Virus record (IMG/VR): IMGVR_UViG_3300044994_000102
Coordinates: 1 to 53,586 of that record
Reading direction: 5' to 3' (one strand)
Source: a virus
Lineage: Duplodnaviria > Caudoviricetes
DNA length: 53,586 bases
Shown: positions 24,692-34,295 of the stretch, one piece after another
Position numbering within the stretch: the stretch's first letter is position 1
How the letters are laid out: every line of letters begins with the position of its first letter
Made by a program: the position numbers and the translations under genes
The notes under the pieces: generated by a model
Databases searched by the model: none
Seen by the model: only the letters and a program-made list of their open reading frames with translations
What the model was told of the DNA's origin: nothing

Positions 24692-26044
24692 GTGAGTCTT
24701 GTTAAGGATCTGAAGAAGCAAAAGGCCGCGGCTATCGACGAGCTGAACGCGCTCGCGGACGTCGCGAGGAGGGAGAACCGCGGACTGTCGGCCGAAGAGG
24801 CCGCCAAGTTCGACGAGGTCGAGGCGAAGATCGCCGGGCTGAACGCCTCCATCGAGCGGGCCGAGAGGCTCGACAGGCTGAACGAGGAGCGGGGCACCGC
24901 CGTCGCGTCGGCCGTAGACATCCAGGTCGTCCGGAACGAGTACGAGGACGAGCACGGCAACCCGAAGGTGTGGAGCTCCTTCGGCGAGCAGATGCAAGCC
25001 ATCATCCACGTCGAGAAGAACCCGCACGGGTCCAAGAGCCGCGAGCTTCGCCAGAAGATCGACCTGACCAACCAGATGATGAGTGCCGCAACCGGCATGA
25101 ACGAGTCGGTCGGGGCGGACGGCGGGGTGTTCGTCCAGAAGGACTTCGCGTCCGAGATCGTGGACAACGGGTACCAGGAGGCGCCGTTCGCCAGCCAGGT
25201 CCGCCGGCTCCCGCTCTCGACCGGCGCCAACGGCATCAAGGTGCCGTACGTGGACGAGACGTCCCGGGCGGACGGCTCCCGGCACGGCGGGATCCAGATG
25301 TACTGGGAGGGCGAGGCCGACGAGATCACGGCGACCAAGCCGAAGTTCGGGCTCATGGAGCTCAACACGAAGAAGATCGTGGGCGCGGCGTACCTGACCG
25401 AGGAGATCATCGCGGACGCGGCGTTCCTCGGGGCGTGGGTGAGCGAGGCGTTCAGCCAGGAGCTGGCGTTCAAGCTGGACGACGCGTTCATCAACGGGAA
25501 CGGCGCGGGCAAGCCGCTCGGCATCTTGCAGAACGGCGCGAAGATCGAGCAGGCCAAGGAGACGGGCCAGGCCAACGGCACCGTCGTGGCGAACAACCTG
25601 ACGAAGATGTTCTCGCGGCTGATCAAGCGGAACCGCGCGTCGGCGATCTGGCTGTACAACCAGGGGTGCGAGGGCCAACTGTTGGGGCTGTCGTTCACCT
25701 ACGGGTCGAACAGCTACCCGGCGCTCCTGCTCGGCGGGACGACCGGCGACATCCGCGAGGAGATCGCGACGGACCGCATCCTCGGCCGCAAGGCGTACGC
25801 GAGCGAGCACTGCGCGGCGCTCGGCGACGCCGGCGACGTGATCTTCACCGACCCCAAGTCGTACATCGCGGTCGACAAGGGCGGGCCGAAGCAGGCGGTG
25901 TCGGTCCACGTGCGGTTCCTCCAGGACGAGCAGGTGTTGAAGTTCACCTACCGCGTGGACGGGCAACCGGCGCGTCGCTCGGCACTCACCCCGTTCAAGG
26001 GTAGCGCGACGCTTAGTACGACGGTCGTGATCCAGCAGCGGTAG
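24692..26044 (+). CDS. HK97-fold major capsid protein
   Basis: N-terminal coiled-coil delta domain, DGGVFV, WEGE, GNGAGKPLGIL, RVDGQP. Confidence 0.95.
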   Translation: MSLVKDLKKQKAAAIDELNALADVARRENRGLSAEEAAKFDEVEAKIAGLNASIERAERLDRLNEERGTAVASAVDIQVVRNEYEDEHGNPKVWSSFGEQMQAIIHVEKNPHGSKSRELRQKIDLTNQMMSAATGMNESVGADGGVFVQKDFASEIVDNGYQEAPFASQVRRLPLSTGANGIKVPYVDETSRADGSRHGGIQMYWEGEADEITATKPKFGLMELNTKKIVGAAYLTEEIIADAAFLGAWVSEAFSQELAFKLDDAFINGNGAGKPLGILQNGAKIEQAKETGQANGTVVANNLTKMFSRLIKRNRASAIWLYNQGCEGQLLGLSFTYGSNSYPALLLGGTTGDIREEIATDRILGRKAYASEHCAALGDAGDVIFTDPKSYIAVDKGGPKQAVSVHVRFLQDEQVLKFTYRVDGQPARRSALTPFKGSATLSTTVVIQQR

Positions 26045-26052
26045 TAGACGGC

Positions 26053-26077
26053 GCGGGGGCGGAGCTTCCGCCCCCGC
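26053..26077 (+). other. GC hairpin after the major capsid gene
   Basis: GCGGGGGCGGA-GCT-TCCGCCCCCGC with no U tract (stabiliser or pause site). Confidence 0.5.
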
Positions 26078-26112
26078 AACATGAACAGAAAGGAGACTTT
26101 TTAGAGGACATT

Positions 26113-26580
26113 ATGCTCAGTGAATTTGTAGCCAAGCCCATCAAGGCCCTCGCCCCGGCGGCGGACCGCTGGAACACGAACCCGGTGACCGACAGCATCT
26201 CGCTGGCGAACCACAACAGGCTCACCTTCCTGGTGTACCAGTCGGGCGGCACGACCGGGAACGCCACCCTGACGGTCTTGGCGTCGAGCGACAGCGCCCA
26301 GACCGGCGCCGAGGCCATCCCGTTCCGCTACCGGAAGATGACCACCGGCGCGAGCGACGTCATGGGCAACGTGATCAACGCCACAGCGTCCGGGTTCACC
26401 ACCACGGCGAACGAGGACAGCATCTACGAGATCGAGGTGCTGTCGTCCGACCTGCCGCAGTCCAAGCCGTGGGTGCACATGCTCTGCACGGAGGCGACGG
26501 ACAACCCGGTCAACGGGTGCGTGATCGCGCTCCTGTCCGAGCCGCGCTACGGCGGGCTGACACAGCCGGTTGCGATCTAA
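26113..26580 (+). CDS. Probable head decoration/cement protein
   Basis: 155 aa, beta-rich, immediately after the MCP. Confidence 0.55.
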   Translation: MLSEFVAKPIKALAPAADRWNTNPVTDSISLANHNRLTFLVYQSGGTTGNATLTVLASSDSAQTGAEAIPFRYRKMTTGASDVMGNVINATASGFTTTANEDSIYEIEVLSSDLPQSKPWVHMLCTEATDNPVNGCVIALLSEPRYGGLTQPVAI

Positions 26581-26590
26581 GCACTAACTC

Positions 26591-26620
26591 CCCCGGGCGG
26601 TAACGCCGCCCGGGGCATTT
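26591..26620 (+). terminator. Terminator-like hairpin
   Basis: CCCCGGGCGG-TAACG-CCGCCCGGGG followed by CATTT. Confidence 0.55.
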
Positions 26621-26632
26621 CACCCGAGGCCC

Positions 26633-27214
26633 ATGCCGTGGACCGAGACAGCGGCGCCGTCGGCGCTCGCCATCAATCTTGAAGACCTGAAGAGTCACCT
26701 CCGAGTCACCAGCAACGACGAGGACGGGCTCCTGTCGATCTACGCCAAGGCGGCGGCCCAACTGTTCGAGACGAACACCCGGCGGCGGCTCATCTCCCGC
26801 ACGTTTCGGTGGGAGCAACCGGATTTTCCGACGGACTGCCACGGCATCGAACTGCCGTTCGCCCCGGTCTCGGCCGTATCGAGCGTGCAGTACTACGACA
26901 CCGCCGGGACGCTCACCACGTGGGGCGCGAGTAACTACTACCTCGACACCGTGAGCCTGCCCCCGCGTGTCACCCTGAGACCGAACAAGACCTACCCGAC
27001 GGTGCAGCACGACCGCCCGAACGGGGTGCAGGTGAACTTCACGGCCGGGTACGGGGCGAACTACCAGTCCGTGCCGGAGGGCATCCAGTGGGCGGTGATG
27101 CTGCTCGCCGGGCACATGTGGACCACGAGGGCGCCAGTGGCATCGACCACGATGTCTGACGTGCCGAAAACGCTCGGCTACGCCATCGACGCCTACAAGA
27201 TCTGGGGGGCCTGA
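26633..27214 (+). CDS. Head-tail connector (gp6-like)
   Basis: LEDLKSHLRV, IELPFAPV, VQVNFTAGYG, VPEGIQWAVMLL. Confidence 0.88.
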   Translation: MPWTETAAPSALAINLEDLKSHLRVTSNDEDGLLSIYAKAAAQLFETNTRRRLISRTFRWEQPDFPTDCHGIELPFAPVSAVSSVQYYDTAGTLTTWGASNYYLDTVSLPPRVTLRPNKTYPTVQHDRPNGVQVNFTAGYGANYQSVPEGIQWAVMLLAGHMWTTRAPVASTTMSDVPKTLGYAIDAYKIWGA

Positions 27215-27531
27215 TGGCGGGCGACCCCGGGAAGAAGAACCGCAAGGTCACGATCAAGCGGAAGGTGCTGACCAACACGAACGGGAACGTTGTGGAGACA
27301 TATTCAACCGTCGCCCAGGTGTGGGCCGACTTCCGCCCGCTGCGGATGGACGAGCGGTTCACGAGCGACGCCAAGCACTCGGTCCGGGCCGGGAGCTTCC
27401 GCATTTACTGGAGGGACGACCTCGAGCCGACGATGGTGATCGAGTGGGACGGCCGCACCTGGAACATCATCGGCATCGCGGAAGTGGGCTACCAGGACGA
27501 GTTAGATATCACGGCGGAGGCCGTTTACTGA
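27214..27531 (+). CDS. Head closure protein (SPP1 gp16-like)
   Basis: VWA, FRIYWR, W.GRTWNI; position. Confidence 0.8.
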   Translation: MAGDPGKKNRKVTIKRKVLTNTNGNVVETYSTVAQVWADFRPLRMDERFTSDAKHSVRAGSFRIYWRDDLEPTMVIEWDGRTWNIIGIAEVGYQDELDITAEAVY

Positions 27532-28019
27532 TGGCGGACAACCAGTTCGTAAAAGGAGCCGACGAGCTGATCGCGGCCCTGAAGGATATTCCGCTCGAGC
27601 TGTCGAAGGGCGAGCTGCGGGCCGGTCTCACCAAGGGGGCGCAGTTCTTTCGCGACCGCCTCAGGGAGTCGGCCCCGGTGACCGACAACGTCCCGCCCCG
27701 GGGCGGGCGGTTCAAGGACATGAAGCCCGGGCACCTCCGCCGGAGTTTCAAGGCGAAGGCCCGTCGGGGCACCCGGACGGAGGCCGCGGCCGGCGTGACC
27801 GGCTCGTTTGTCGCCAGGTGGGTGGAGTTCGGCCACACCTTGAAGAGCCACGGCAAAAAGTCCCAGCGGCAGGTGATCGGGCACGTCCCGGCGAACCCGT
27901 TCATCCGCACCGCGTTCGAGGCGAACAAGGAGCAGATCATGCAGGCGATCCGGATGGGGATCATCGGCTACCTGTCCCGCCGGTTCGCGCGGATGCGGCA
28001 GCACCGGCCGAGGGTGTAG
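27531..28019 (+). CDS. HK97 gp10-family tail completion protein
   Basis: GADEL, GHLRRS, WVEFG, PANPFIRTAF. Confidence 0.85.
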   Translation: MADNQFVKGADELIAALKDIPLELSKGELRAGLTKGAQFFRDRLRESAPVTDNVPPRGGRFKDMKPGHLRRSFKAKARRGTRTEAAAGVTGSFVARWVEFGHTLKSHGKKSQRQVIGHVPANPFIRTAFEANKEQIMQAIRMGIIGYLSRRFARMRQHRPRV

Positions 28020-28026
28020 GAGGAAC

Positions 28027-28416
28027 GTGGCGACGGTCGAGGACTTCATTTACAACCGGCTCACGAGCGCACCCGCCATCTCGGCGCTCGTTGGCACCCG
28101 CGTCTACCGCGTGAAGATGCCGGACAACCCGACGCTCCCGGCGATCACGTTCCAGACGCTTTCCGGCTCCGGGGTCGAGAGCTTCGACGGCGACAGCGGC
28201 CTATACATGCCGGTGGTCGGCATCGACTGCTGGGCCAGGACCGCGGGCGCCGCTCAAGACCTCGCGGCGAAGGTGCGGGCGGCGCTGCTCGGTTACTCCG
28301 GGCACTACCAGGACCGCCGCATCCAGAAGGTGTTGGACTGGAGCCACCTCGACCTGTACGACAGCGACACGGACATATTCCACGTATCGTGCAGCGCGAG
28401 AGTTTGGTATTCGTAG
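28027..28416 (+). CDS. Tail terminator (DUF3168-like)
   Basis: LVGTRVY, PAITF, IDCWA; position. Confidence 0.8.
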   Translation: MATVEDFIYNRLTSAPAISALVGTRVYRVKMPDNPTLPAITFQTLSGSGVESFDGDSGLYMPVVGIDCWARTAGAAQDLAAKVRAALLGYSGHYQDRRIQKVLDWSHLDLYDSDTDIFHVSCSARVWYS

Positions 28417-28449
28417 CGTGATTATAATTATTTCGTTTCCCAGAGGGAT

Positions 28450-29214
28450 ATGACGACGAGCGCGAGCGCAGGATCGGGGTGCATTCTTCGGATGAGTAAC
28501 GGGGACAGCGCGATCACGGCTGTCCGGGCGTCGCGTACGATGGGGTCGGGCTCTTCCGGCATCATCGTGTCGTGGGACACTCCGGGCACGGGCGGCAACT
28601 CGAAGACCGCCGCCATCGTCGTGAGCGGCAACAACACGCCCCTCTCGGTCACGGTCACCACCTCGGCGGTCACCATCAACTCGGCGACGGACGGCAGCGG
28701 CGCGGCCACCTCCACGGTTCTCAAAATTCTCGAAACCCTGTACGCCAACGAGACGTTCCGCGCCAACTGGCGGGCTCGCCCGGTCACGGACGGCACGGGC
28801 GTGGTCGCGGCTGCCTCGTCCGCGGCACTCAGCGGCGGCGTGAACGGCGAGACGTTCACCGCGTTCCCCGAGGTGAAGGGCGTGCGGGGGCCGAACTTCC
28901 AGGCGAACGTCATCGACGTGACCAGCTTCGACTCGAACCGCACGCGCGAATTCATCAACGGGCTGACCGACCCCGGCCAGCTCACGTTCATGTGCAACTA
29001 CGTGCCGAACGCGTGGGAGGCCGACCAGCAGAAGATCTTCCCGCTCATTACCGCCGGCATCCGCCGGACGTTCGAGCTGCAGATGAACGACCAGTACAAG
29101 ACGTGCATCAGCATCAAGGGCATCCCGACGGGCGCCGAGATCGCGGCCGAACTCGAACAGGCGCTGTCGCTCAACGTCACGGTGAAGCTGACCGGCGCGG
29201 CCACCTGGTACTAG
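28450..29214 (+). CDS. Major tail tube protein with an inserted domain
   Basis: IDVTSFDS...REFINGLTDPGQL (lambda gpV/TP901-like). Confidence 0.85.
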   Translation: MTTSASAGSGCILRMSNGDSAITAVRASRTMGSGSSGIIVSWDTPGTGGNSKTAAIVVSGNNTPLSVTVTTSAVTINSATDGSGAATSTVLKILETLYANETFRANWRARPVTDGTGVVAAASSAALSGGVNGETFTAFPEVKGVRGPNFQANVIDVTSFDSNRTREFINGLTDPGQLTFMCNYVPNAWEADQQKIFPLITAGIRRTFELQMNDQYKTCISIKGIPTGAEIAAELEQALSLNVTVKLTGAATWY

Positions 29215-29221
29215 GAGGGGT

Positions 29222-29557
29222 ATGGAACACGCGGACAAGGTTTCCCCCGACGGGATTTTCGTCGAGGTGTTCGGGGAGCGGAAAGAGCTGAAGCCCAACA
29301 TGGGCACGTTCCTCCGGTTCCAGCAGAAGAGCGGGCTGAACCCGTTCGACGTCCGCATCTGGGCTCGCCCCAGCCCGCTCGACATCGTCACCCTCATCTG
29401 GGCGGGCATCGGCGGCGAGGCGTGCGGACGCACGGTCGAGGAGGTGGCGGATGGGCTCTCCTTCGAGAGCATCGAAGGCTTCAACGAGACGCTGAACAAG
29501 TTCTTTAAGAAGGGCGAGGTTCCGGAACCCCCAAAAAGCGACGCCGCCGCCGAGTAG
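29222..29557 (+). CDS. Tail assembly chaperone (G)
   Basis: Between tube and tape measure; slippery C-CCA-AAA at 29530-29536. Confidence 0.75.
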   Translation: MEHADKVSPDGIFVEVFGERKELKPNMGTFLRFQQKSGLNPFDVRIWARPSPLDIVTLIWAGIGGEACGRTVEEVADGLSFESIEGFNETLNKFFKKGEVPEPPKSDAAAE

Positions 29558-29928
29558 GCGGCGGCGGGCCGGAACCCGAAGAGCGGCAGCAGTCATGGTT
29601 GGATTGGTGGGCGATAGCGGTGTACGACTTCGGGCTGACCGACGAGCAATTCCTGGAACTGACGCCGGCGAAGTTCAACGCCCTGTCCCGCCGGGCTGAC
29701 GCCGAGGCCGAGCGGGCCGACCAGCACACCGCCCGCGTCTGCTGGGCCGCGATGACGGCCGCCGGGGCGAAGAAGAAGGACGGCTCCCCCATCACCGTCC
29801 AAGATCTCATGGTCACCTACGAGGAGGACGAGCCGGAACCGACCGAGGCGTCCAACAAGATCAAGAACACGATGGTGAGCCTGTTCGGCCTGCCTGCTCA
29901 CATGCAGTGGACGCGGCATGGCGGATAA
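29530..29928 (+). CDS. Tail assembly chaperone GT extension (-1 frameshift)
   Basis: The -1 frame is open from the slippery site to TAA 29928 and contains FGLTDEQFLELTP. Confidence 0.7.
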   Translation, partial: PKKRRRRRVGGGGPEPEERQQSWLDWWAIAVYDFGLTDEQFLELTPAKFNALSRRADAEAERADQHTARVCWAAMTAAGAKKKDGSPITVQDLMVTYEEDEPEPTEASNKIKNTMVSLFGLPAHMQWTRHGG

Positions 29929-32900
29929 AGCCCTTTACAACCTTTTGATCGACCTGCGGGCTGATGTCGCGAACCTGCAGAGCGACATGAACAAGGCCAC
30001 GAAGGTGGTCGAAGGGGCCACCGGGAAGATGCAGGCGGTGGTTCGCGGCTTCTTCGAGGGGCTCGGGCAATCCCTGTCCCGCGGGCTCGTGTCCGCCCTC
30101 ACGAACCCCATCCAGTCTATCAAGTCGCTCGACGCCGCGCTCGGCAAGCTGGCCGACGCCGGCGACAAGGCGAGCGCCGTCCTCGACAACTTCCGCCAGC
30201 TCGGCGGCAGCACGGACGCCATCACCGCCGCCAAGCGGGCGGTGCTCGGGGCGGTTGACTCGTTCGACCTGATGCGGGCGGCGAACGAGGGGCTCATTCG
30301 GGGCATCCCGAAGCTGAACCAGAACTTCGCCCAGCTCGCCGAGTTCGCCAAGCGGTTCGCCGACGCGACCGGCGGCGAGACCGTCCCCGTCCTGAACGAG
30401 CTCATCACCGCGCTGTCGACGGGCGCCCCGAAGGCGCTCAAGGCTTTCGGGTTTGAGCTGCAGGAAGGTGCGACGCGAGCCCAGAATCAGGCGGCCGCGC
30501 TGGCGCAGCTTAGCACGCGCATGTCCGAACTCGCCCCACTCGGCGAGTCCGTCTCGCAGGGCCAGGAGCGGCTCGGCATCGCGATGGGGGAGGCGTTCAA
30601 GCAGATCGGCATCGGGGTTAACGAGAGCGAGGAGCTCGCCCGGGTGTACAACACGCTTGCCGACGCGGTTGAGCGCATCGACTGGGTAAAAGTGGGTGAC
30701 GACATTGCTTCCCTCGTGGGGTCTATCACGAGCCTCCTGCCGTCGATTCAGACCCTCACGGGTGAACTTGGCCTGTTGGCGCTGGGGTTCGAGAAGATCG
30801 CCGGGTCGAGTGCCCGCTCCAAGATATACGAACTTGAAAGGGAGGCCGGACGGCTAAAGGAGCAACTCGCGAACCAGCAGTCTACGGCCGCGTCCGGCTC
30901 GGGCGGGTTCGGCGGCATCGTCGGCGGCTGGTTCGAGGCGAACGCCGGGGCGAACGCGGCGGCCATCGAGCGTACACAGCGCCAGCTCGACACCGTCCTC
31001 GCCACCATCGAGCGGATCAAGGGCGAGGCCAGAGGGTCAATCCTCGGCGAGAGTCAGAACCTCCCCGACCCGCGCGGCCAGGGCATGGTGTTTCGCAATG
31101 GGCAGTGGACGAACCGGGATTACATCCCGACTGGCGGCGGCAGCCGTGGTGGCTCTGACATTGTCAAGCGGAAGAAGGAAGAAGACGAACTTCAGAAGAA
31201 GCGGTTAGAGAACGAGTTCAAGCTCTCGGAGGAGCGATCGAAGCAAGCCGCCGCCCTCCTCGAAGCCCAGTACGAGGCCCAGCAGCGGCAGATCCAGGAC
31301 GCCACGTCGCAATGGTCGGACGCGCTGAACGTCGCCTTCGCCGAGCTCGGGGTGGACCCTCGAATCGGTCAACAGATGGCCGACCTCGGCGGGCAGATCG
31401 TAGCCGGCCTCTTCTCCGACCTGACGGAACGGCAGGACGGGTTTTTCGGGCTCGGCCAGACCATCGGTCAAGGGTTCGCCGCCATCGTCACCTCCATCTT
31501 TGGCAACGACAGCGCGGGCGGGTCCGGCGGGTCCGGCGGGGGGTCTTGGCTCGACAGCATCGGCGGACTGTTCGGCGGCTCGGGCATGACCACCCAGGAA
31601 GCGCACGCGGCGGGCATCCAGGGGCCGGGCGCCGCTGACGGCAGCTTCAACGGCAGGTCTACCACCACCAACTATGCCGGGTACGTCCAGGCCGGGGTGG
31701 GCCTTTACAAGGACTGGCGGAACCGCGACGCCATCGACAAGGAGCACCAAGACAATCGGGGGACCGGGGCGGCGGTCGGTGGCACCATCGGCACCGCCAT
31801 CGGGGCCATCTTCGGCATGCCCGAAGTCGGTCAGGCGATCGGTTCCGCCCTCGGCAGATTCGTGGGCCGGTTCTTCGGCTGGGGCTCACAGGACGCCGAC
31901 ACCCAGGCCCGGCACGTGTTCGCCAACTGGCTCGAGGAGAAGCTCGAATCGGTCGGGGGCAGCCCCGTGTACTCGAACGGCAGGTTCCGCAACCTCACGA
32001 ACTTCGTCGAGGGGTCACGCAACCGGTTCAACACGCCGGGCTGGGCGGACGAGTTCAACAAGAACCCGAACGCCTCCGTGTTCAGCGGCTTGGGCGAGGG
32101 CTTCAAGGAGCTGCTCGGCATTTCCGAGGACGTGGGCTCGCAGCTCGGCGTCCTCCTGTTCGAGAACATGGAGGGGAACGTCAACAACCTCCGCATGCTG
32201 ATGAAGCGGCTCGGGTTGACGTTCGAGGACGTCGAGAAGGCGCTCGTCGAGATGGGCCTCCGGGGAGAAAAGACGTGGCTCGAGATCGAGGTGGCGCTCC
32301 AGGGCGCGGGCGAGGCGTTCAAGGACGGGCTCGTCGAGATCGGGAACTACGCCGGCGCCATGCAGATGTTGTTGGACTCCGGCGCGAAGGGCTTCGAGGC
32401 CGTGCAGTCAGTCCGCAACATCGCCATCGAAGCGAAAGAAGCGGGCATCCAGAATTTCGAGCAGCTCAGGGAGCACCTCCTCAAAACCTTTGACCCGGCG
32501 GTCGTGGACGCCTTCTTCGCGTCGCTCCAGCGGCGGAACGTCGACAACATGGAGGAACTCGCCAGTCTGTCCGACCGAGACGCCGGCGGGGTCGTTGCCG
32601 ACATGCAGGCGGCGGGCGTGCAGTTCAAGGAGACGGGCGAGGGCATCGAGGGCGCCGCCGAGTCGGTCGAGCAGAGCATCAAGGAGGCGACGAGCGCCAT
32701 CCGCGAGCTCGCCGGGTCCGTCCGCGGGATCAAGTACCCAAAACCGGAGGAGGATCCGCCGCCCGAGAAGCCGAAGGTGGCGCTTGCCGCCGGCGGCGTC
32801 ATCACCGGCCCGACCCGCGCCCTCATGGGCGAGAACGGACCGGAGGCCGTGCTACCGCTCACCCGCAAGAACGGGCGGCTCGGGGTGTCGCTGAACGGCA

Positions 32901-33067
32901 TCCAGGGCGGATGGGGGAACGGCTCCGGCATGGTGGTGCACGTCGACGCGAGGGGTGCGGCCCCGGGCGTCGAGAATCGCGTCATGGCGGCGATGCGGGA
33001 GATGGAGGCCCGGATCAAGGACAGCGTCTATCGGTCCATGTCGCACGGGCGGGGGAGGTACACGTAG
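29918..33067 (+). CDS. Tape measure protein
   Basis: 1049 aa, helical and Ala/Gly-rich, C-terminal AAGGVITGPT..MGENGPEAVLPL. Confidence 0.9.
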   Translation: MADKALYNLLIDLRADVANLQSDMNKATKVVEGATGKMQAVVRGFFEGLGQSLSRGLVSALTNPIQSIKSLDAALGKLADAGDKASAVLDNFRQLGGSTDAITAAKRAVLGAVDSFDLMRAANEGLIRGIPKLNQNFAQLAEFAKRFADATGGETVPVLNELITALSTGAPKALKAFGFELQEGATRAQNQAAALAQLSTRMSELAPLGESVSQGQERLGIAMGEAFKQIGIGVNESEELARVYNTLADAVERIDWVKVGDDIASLVGSITSLLPSIQTLTGELGLLALGFEKIAGSSARSKIYELEREAGRLKEQLANQQSTAASGSGGFGGIVGGWFEANAGANAAAIERTQRQLDTVLATIERIKGEARGSILGESQNLPDPRGQGMVFRNGQWTNRDYIPTGGGSRGGSDIVKRKKEEDELQKKRLENEFKLSEERSKQAAALLEAQYEAQQRQIQDATSQWSDALNVAFAELGVDPRIGQQMADLGGQIVAGLFSDLTERQDGFFGLGQTIGQGFAAIVTSIFGNDSAGGSGGSGGGSWLDSIGGLFGGSGMTTQEAHAAGIQGPGAADGSFNGRSTTTNYAGYVQAGVGLYKDWRNRDAIDKEHQDNRGTGAAVGGTIGTAIGAIFGMPEVGQAIGSALGRFVGRFFGWGSQDADTQARHVFANWLEEKLESVGGSPVYSNGRFRNLTNFVEGSRNRFNTPGWADEFNKNPNASVFSGLGEGFKELLGISEDVGSQLGVLLFENMEGNVNNLRMLMKRLGLTFEDVEKALVEMGLRGEKTWLEIEVALQGAGEAFKDGLVEIGNYAGAMQMLLDSGAKGFEAVQSVRNIAIEAKEAGIQNFEQLREHLLKTFDPAVVDAFFASLQRRNVDNMEELASLSDRDAGGVVADMQAAGVQFKETGEGIEGAAESVEQSIKEATSAIRELAGSVRGIKYPKPEEDPPPEKPKVALAAGGVITGPTRALMGENGPEAVLPLTRKNGRLGVSLNGIQGGWGNGSGMVVHVDARGAAPGVENRVMAAMREMEARIKDSVYRSMSHGRGRYT

Positions 33068-33682
33068 ATGGCCATCACCTACCCGCTCACGCTGCCGACG
33101 AGTGTCGGCCTGACCCGGTTCAAACCGGTCGACGTGCACGCCACCGCCACCGAGACCAGCCCGTGGACGCTCGCCGAACTGGTCCAGGAGCACCCGGGAA
33201 AGCTCATGCTGGTCGAGTGTACGGTGGCCATGGCCGCCCGCGAGAACGCCGCCCCGTGGGTCGCGTTCAAGTCTAAGCTCAAGGGGCCGAAGGGCACTTT
33301 CCTGATGGGCGATCCGAGTGCCAGGACGCCGCGAGGGGTCGCCACGGGCACCCCGCAGGTGAACGGCTCCGTCGCAACCTTGGCGGAGGAGATCACCACC
33401 AAGGGGTGGACGCCGAGCACCACGAACATCCTGAAAGAGGGGGACTGGATCCAGATCGGAAACCGCCTCTACCGGGTGTTGCAGAACGTGAACTCGAACG
33501 GGTCCGGAAACTGTACCGTCGACGTGTTCCCGCCGGTCCGGGAGGCCCTCGCGAACAACACCACCATCGTCACCACGAACACGGTCGGGCTGTTCCGCCT
33601 GACGTCCGCCGAGCAGGTGCCGTACGAGGTGACGGCTGACGGGGTGTACGCGATCGATTTCGTGGCGAAGGAGGCCCTCTAG
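33068..33682 (+). CDS. Distal tail protein
   Basis: MAITYP..., directly after the TMP. Confidence 0.65.
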   Translation: MAITYPLTLPTSVGLTRFKPVDVHATATETSPWTLAELVQEHPGKLMLVECTVAMAARENAAPWVAFKSKLKGPKGTFLMGDPSARTPRGVATGTPQVNGSVATLAEEITTKGWTPSTTNILKEGDWIQIGNRLYRVLQNVNSNGSGNCTVDVFPPVREALANNTTIVTTNTVGLFRLTSAEQVPYEVTADGVYAIDFVAKEAL

Positions 33683-33683
33683 C

Positions 33684-34295
33684 GTGGCCCGGAACCTCAC
33701 CGCCGGTTGGATCGCGGAGGCGACGGCGGCCACGAGGCGGCCCGTCGTGTTCTTCGAGGGCGTGTTCTCGTCCGGCACGCTCCGCCTGTGGAACGGCTAC
33801 GGGGACATCTCGTGGGGCGGGTTCACGTGGCAGGGGAACGGCTGGTTCCAGGCCCCGGACGGGATGGAGGAGACCGTCGAACTCGAAGCCACCGACATGT
33901 CGATCGTCCTGTCCGGCATCCCCGATGCGATGCTCGCGCTCGTCCTCGGCGACCAACAGCAGGGGGCGCTCGGGACGCTCTGGTTCGGGTTCCTGAACGC
34001 CTCCGGCGGCGTGGTGTCCGACGCATACCCGGCGTGGAGCGGGTACTTCAGCCACGCCGAGGTCGACTACGGGGCCGCCGCCGCGAGCGTCGAACTCTTC
34101 TACGACAGCCCGCTCGTCGACCTGGAGCGGCCCCGAGAGGGCCGGTGGACCGACCAATCGCAGCGGCAACTCTTCCCCGGCGACACCGGCTTTCGGTACG
34201 TGGTGGCGGCGGCGAACTGGTCCGGCACGTGGGGTCAGGGCAAGAAGAAACCCGACCGGAAGCGTCCGCCCAAGGGGTCGCGGAGGAAGCGGTGA
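33684..34295 (+). CDS. Minor tail (hub/gpL-like) protein
   Basis: LRLWNGYG, WQGNG, WTDQSQRQLFPGDTGF. Confidence 0.7.
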   Translation: MARNLTAGWIAEATAATRRPVVFFEGVFSSGTLRLWNGYGDISWGGFTWQGNGWFQAPDGMEETVELEATDMSIVLSGIPDAMLALVLGDQQQGALGTLWFGFLNASGGVVSDAYPAWSGYFSHAEVDYGAAAASVELFYDSPLVDLERPREGRWTDQSQRQLFPGDTGFRYVVAAANWSGTWGQGKKKPDRKRPPKGSRRKR

